From: Lepidodermella squamata | Taxonomy: Eukaryota; Animalia; Gastrotricha | Direction: 5' to 3' | Assembly (NCBI GenBank): GCA_047495785.1 | Contig: JBLDXI010000033.1 | Coordinates: forward strand, 558,001-622,000 | DNA length: 64,000 nt | Position numbers and translations under genes: made by a program | Notes under the pieces: model-generated | Told to the model about the DNA's origin: nothing | Databases searched by the model: none | The model's input: the letters and a program-made list of their open reading frames with translations, nothing else | Shown here: positions 58,829 through 64,000 of the stretch, in pieces | How the letters are laid out: the number at the start of each line of letters is the position of its first letter | How positions within the stretch are numbered: the first letter of the stretch is position 1

Positions 58829-61800
58829 TCATTGAATATCAGCTTGTGCCATTTGCGAGGCGAGCGCAATTGTCGGATCGGCGGAACCTGTCTTCTCGAA
58901 GGCCTGAGCTTGCAGTTTTAGATAGGACACAACTAAAGCCGGGCCGTACGCGACCACAGTCGGGGGGATCGAGCCTAACGGGCACCCGTCAATCGCCAAA
59001 TACTGCAGCCGGCCGCAGTACGTTATCTGCCACGGCAGCGTTTGCAGCTCCGGGTTGTTGCTAAGGTACAGCGATTCCAACGAGCCGAGATTGCCCATTT
59101 CAGTCGGCAACGTGCTTAGCATGTTCTCGCCGGCCCAAACAACGCGTAGATTCGACAAATTGCCAATACTAGCCGGTAGGGCGGTCAATTTATTCGCCTG
59201 TAATTGCAGTTTTTCCAACGACATGAGGCACCCGATTTCATCCGGCAGTTTTTCGAGCCGATTTTCGTCCAAATCTAGGACGCGCAGTTTTTGGCATTTC
59301 GCAATCAGCGGCGGGATGCGTTTGATTAAATTATTCGATAGTATCAACTGTTCCAATTGAACTAATTTGCCAATATCATCCGGCAGTTTCGTAATTTGAT
59401 TGCCTGATAGGTTGAGTTCGACTAAACTGACCCATGAGCCGAAGTCGAGGGGGAAAGCCGATAGCTGGTTTGATTTCATCGACAGAGATCGCAGTTGATT
59501 TGTCTGGGAGAAAATTCCGAACGGAATCTTTTGAATTTCATTGTGTTCCATGTTGACGGTGTGCACGTTCGAAAATTGGCCTGGGCCACCGGCCGGGAAG
59601 GCGGTGAGTTGATTGCGGGCCAGGGTGACTGATTGCAGGCCGGATAGCGAGGACAGCAGGTCGACGGGCAGGCTGGCCAGGCGGTTGCCTTCGACGTTGA
59701 ACTCGTCGAGTTGCACGCATTTGCCGAGACTGGCCGGGATTGACGCTAGCTGGTTGTATTTCAGGCCAAGTCGCGATAGTGCGATCAAATTGCCGATACT
59801 GGCCGGCAGTTCGGTCAAGCGATTGTTAGCGAGGCTAAGCAAGCGCAGTCGAGTGCAATTGCCAAGATCTAAAAATTGAAATCATAATTCAAAAATTGAA
59901 ATCGAATTTTCAATCGTAATTACATTAAATTAAAATTATTCAAAAAAATTGTACCGTATTACCGCGCTTTGAGTGTCATGCCACTATAAAGTGAAACAGG
60001 GTTTTTGACCCTTTTTCAATTTCCTCGATCATAGTGGCACCTAATGTTTTGCATTGAAATCCAATTTGGCATGTCACTATAAACGGGGCATAGTGACATG
60101 CCACTGTAAAACGAGCTATAGTGGCATGACACTCAAAGCGCGGTAATACGGTAGAATAATTTCTATTTCTTAGTTATACTGGGGAGAGGTACAATTTTGA
60201 CAGGTAACAGTTTGATAACTTTTTCTATATATTTTGATAACCTTTTGTAGTCAAAGTCCCGGTATTTTTGGCCATTTCGAGAATTGTTTGGCTAAATCTT
60301 GATCGCATTTAGGAGAAAATTCTCGTTCATCGCCGCATTATTTTTATTTATTCGATCTCTTAAATTCTCGATTGAAAGATTAATTAAGCTGGGAAGGCTT
60401 TGTAAGGCGATAAAATCCACCCAGAAAAAAACAACAGTTCATCGTTATAACTCGTCTTCGGCATCAATTCGAGTGATTTCGAATTTTGGATCGATGTCAG
60501 GGCATTTACTGAATTTTATGGAATCGGCGAACGGTTTCGTAAATTCTACGGCTACATCGCTAATGCTCATTACATTTGTGCTGAAAACTTGAGTTTAAAA
60601 CTTTCAAGAAAATCGGCGTAGCAGTCTGCACAATTTTTCGAGGCTTTTCCTCTTTATTCTGACTCTCTTCCACTAGCTTCAGCTAAGATGCAGCTAAGGA
60701 TGATGCAGCTAATTTTACGCTATATAATACGAGTCAACTAGCTCTGGGAATTTAAACTGAAGCGGTTCGGAAGACTTACGAAGGAAGTTGAAAAAAAACT
60801 TCTCGTTTTGATGAAAAAATCTGAAAATCTGACCCTTATCTTGAAAACGGGCATAGATAAGCGAAATCAGACTGCTTATCTGAGAATAGGTTGTTCACTA
60901 AAGATGCAACGATCTGCTCATGCTGCAATTGTTGCTGAATCCGTTGAACAGAGGCTGTCGTCGAAGACGATGACTCGAGTCAGGTGCCGGCTCTCGAGCC
61001 CTGCATGGAAACATTAGTAAAAGCCATGGTTGTGCTCGACCCAAGCTAAAGCTTGCGAGAAGTAGAATGAAGACAGAGGGGCTTCTTGTATGGTTAGTGT
61101 TCATGGCCGAGAATGTGAGAATGCGATGAAGTTCCCGGTCCCACCCACTGCTGCTGCTCGATACGCCGGCCATGAACACCTCGGCCATTACTACAAGCCT
61201 CGACGAGAAGGACCTGCCGCTGTCTCCTTTTGTGTAATATAACACCCGCTCGGGAGCTGCTCGAGCCTGTTCTCATCGGAGAGTGAGAAGTTATGGGTCG
61301 AAATCGATGAATTTTCCTCTCTATGATTTACTATTTATCGGTCGAAATTATCAGGTAACGGTTATTGAAGTTGATAAGGCTCGAATCAAGCCAGTTTTCT
61401 AGCACATCCTTGCTCGGTTATTCAGTCGATTAATTTATTTATACTCTCTGACTTGGTGCTATTGCGCGACCTGAACCGCGGGTGATGCCGAATTTGATGG
61501 AGAAAATCAGAAAACGGAATTATCAATGCTCATTTGCCATTCGCGAGCGTGCGGCGTGGAATTGTAAACCATCTGAGGTCGTAAATAGCTCTCATTTTGA
61601 TTTCGTGAAATATGCAAGGAACACCGCTTGTGAACTAGAACAATATGCTATTCAGCGGTGAGGCGCCTTGACCCTCTTAATTGCTGAATGTCGCGACAGA
61701 GGCGTAGCCAGGATTTTTATTTTTGGGGGTGATAATTTTTTTTACCTGAGGCTTCGAAAATTCCGGGGTCTAACAGACACCTAAAAAGCCTATTTGCGAG

Positions 61801-64000
61801 CGAATCAAGCTTTAGCTGACGTTTTTTCGAGTATTTTCAAGCTGGAAATAACCTTAGAATGCGTTAAAAGTTGCATGGTTCACAGAAAATGTGTAACCGG
61901 AGACCACTTTCAGGATTTCTTTGGGAGTGTTTAACACCCAAAACACCCCCGCCTCTGTGTCGCGAGACGAATTGCAAAAATAAATCAGTATCAGTATATT
62001 TGCCCCGTTTGGGTCTTAAAGGTGGTCCCATTTCGACGCACAGAAATAAAAAATCTGGTCAGAAATAGTCACTTACCACTGGACAAAACTTCCAGTTTGT
62101 TGTGCGAAAGATCCAAATTCGTCAAATTTGTAAGCTTGAAGAAATTGGCTGGAAGCTCGGCGAGGCGATTTTCTTTCAAATTCAGTATGCTCAGAGACTA
62201 AAAAATCGATCAATAAATACCGACAAATTTGAAATAAAAAATATATATACCCCTAAATGACCGATTTCTTCTGGAAGTTTGACCAATCGGTTGCTGGATA
62301 GCAATAACGCGTGGAGAGAGCTCAACTGGCAACAGCACGTCGGAAGACTCGTGAATTTATTGTAGCGAAGATCCAAAATTCGAAGCAGCGGCAAATTCGC
62401 AATCGAATCCGGCAGGGTGGTCAACAAGTTTTCGCTGAGGCCCAAATTTTCGAGGTACTTCAAGTGCTCGATTTCGCTCGGCAGGCTCGTCAGCTTATTT
62501 TTGTCCAGGCATAGCTCGGTTAGCGTTGTCGATAAATCGCGGAATATGTGCGTCGGCAGCGAGGGCAAACCGCCGTCTGATAGATCCAATCGACGGCCGT
62601 TTGAATTTTGCCGGCAATTAGTTACCACCCGTTGCCAGTCCTGGAAAAATGGAACAACAATAAAAATTTCGAATTCCGACTTTCAGCCGATTTTCAACGT
62701 GAGAAAAGTGGGGCGATGAAAAATAAAATAGTTTTTGGAAATATTTGTGTCGCTTCAGCTAACACAGCACCCTAAATCAACTATGTTTCCTCAAGTTGCT
62801 CTTGCGGTATCAAATTCGATAGGTCTTAGTAAGCCGAAACCAGCCGAAGTTATCAGAGACTTTCGTTTTAAGACGAACAAATGTAAACTAAGAATATTTT
62901 TAAGGCCTTGTCAAATTTGATCAGAAGAGGAACCAAATTTTGAGCGATTGATTCGCCGAAAATTCCTTCTCAAAATTTCCGGGAGAAAAATTCTAATAAA
63001 TTACCATGACATTCTGCGTGATTTTCAGCATTTCATCTTATCATCACTTAGAGAGTATAGCCATGCTTTAGCAAAATCACTCGAAAATGACATTATAATA
63101 GTTAGCATTTAGTTCCGAATTCAGTACCACAACATGCAAATTGGGTTTTGCTAAACTATTATCAAATATGTTCATTCTCCTGTTGTCACTGTTTTCCCGA
63201 GGGACTAAAAAATAATTAGCAATACTAGAAGCAATACGAAAGGGAAAATTTCTCGAACATTTCTTTTTGCCCAAATTCGGCAAATTGAGAGCAATTTCTT
63301 GAAAACTTCTGTCCCTAGATTTGCTATTGAAACTGAATTAAATTGCAATTTCGGATTATCTTCGGATCCTATTCTTTCTTAGAAATGCAACCAAATTTTA
63401 AGGCAATATAAATAGAAAACTTGGGTCGTCGCCTTGCCAGATTAAAATTTTGGGAAAGAAAATGTTTCTAGTCGTCCTATCGACTTGTTATCGATTGTAT
63501 CGGGGTGACTTTATGTCAATCAAGATATTGGTTGAATTACAATCGTAGGTAGAATTGCCCTCCAATTCAAGCCTTGGTAGCTGAATTCAATTCAATTCAA
63601 TTCAAGCCTTCGGGATAGAAAGCCTGATGCAATTTGAGCCCCTCAAGCTATTTAACAAGACAATGTTGGAAAATCCCTTGTGGCAAAGAAAATCGAGACC
63701 ATCAATTTTACCGAGCTTTCCCACAGCTAATGAGCTAAAAATTAATCATAAAATTTTGAAATTTCAACCCGAAAAATAACAGCTTTTTGCAAAACAGCGA
63801 AAGAATTCTAGAAAATTCAGGAAAAAAACAGCAGTGGCTTTTATCGACTTCGGGGATGAGTTTCAATTCAATCCTGATTGTGCCCCTGAAAATTGAATAC
63901 CTGAATGAGATAATAAAAACAAACTACGCACAATATCTGGCTTTGACTGCTTCTTCGTGGTCGAGCTGGGCCTAACGATTTTGTTGCCGTCGGGGTCTAG
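58829..64000 (-). CDS. SHOC2: Leucine-rich repeat protein SHOC2/SUR-8, 5'-partial; exons >64000-63932, 62640-62251, 62197-62077, 59868-58829
   Basis: LRRs with SHOC2-typical blocks (LARN...FP.GGP.QF...[14 protein letters not shown]; LDFG.W...VELNL; LYL..NP.L..LP). Splice phases are consistent. Confidence 0.93.
59954..60151. mobile_element. pogo/Tigger-like MITE in SHOC2 intron
   Basis: 35-bp perfect TIR CCGTATTACCGCGCTTTGAGTGTCATGCCACTATA, flanked by TA on both sides. Confidence 0.9.
61697..61957. mobile_element. hAT-like MITE in SHOC2 intron
   Basis: Termini CAGAGGCG...CGCCTCTG with 8-bp TSD TGTCGCGA (61689-61696, 61958-61965). Confidence 0.85.

Noticed and set aside
60898-61290. Nested ORF with signal-like segment in the SHOC2 intron
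   Set aside because: No consistent frame, paralog or splice structure.

Overview
Eukaryotic (animal) genomic DNA from a gene-dense invertebrate. Many GT-AG introns are only 44-59 nt, and longer introns carry MITEs. The species cannot be identified from the sequence alone. 1-16.4 kb is a same-strand array interleaving divergent, CDS-intronless Cys-loop channel subunits (four complete, one partial) with three divergent GABA-B-like class C GPCRs. One GPCR is broken by a ~1.4 kb inversion with duplicated breakpoints. 16.8-46.4 kb holds mostly housekeeping genes: LONP2, TMEM126, RNF19, PFK (two candidate microexons), MRPL52, bublin, RNASEK, a catalytically dead AADAC-like hydrolase, a divergent forkhead factor and an HLS1-like GNAT. 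47-64 kb holds a PAN/C-type lectin/kringle mosaic protein, a sixth Cys-loop gene, a small family of two-exon secreted prepro-peptide genes with Cys-rich divergent mature regions (largely missed by the ORF track), and SHOC2. Best leads: the mixed ionotropic/metabotropic orphan receptor array (candidate chemosensory locus), the toxin/AMP-like peptide family, the inversion, and possible operon-like packing. Exon boundaries were read by eye and no database searches were run.
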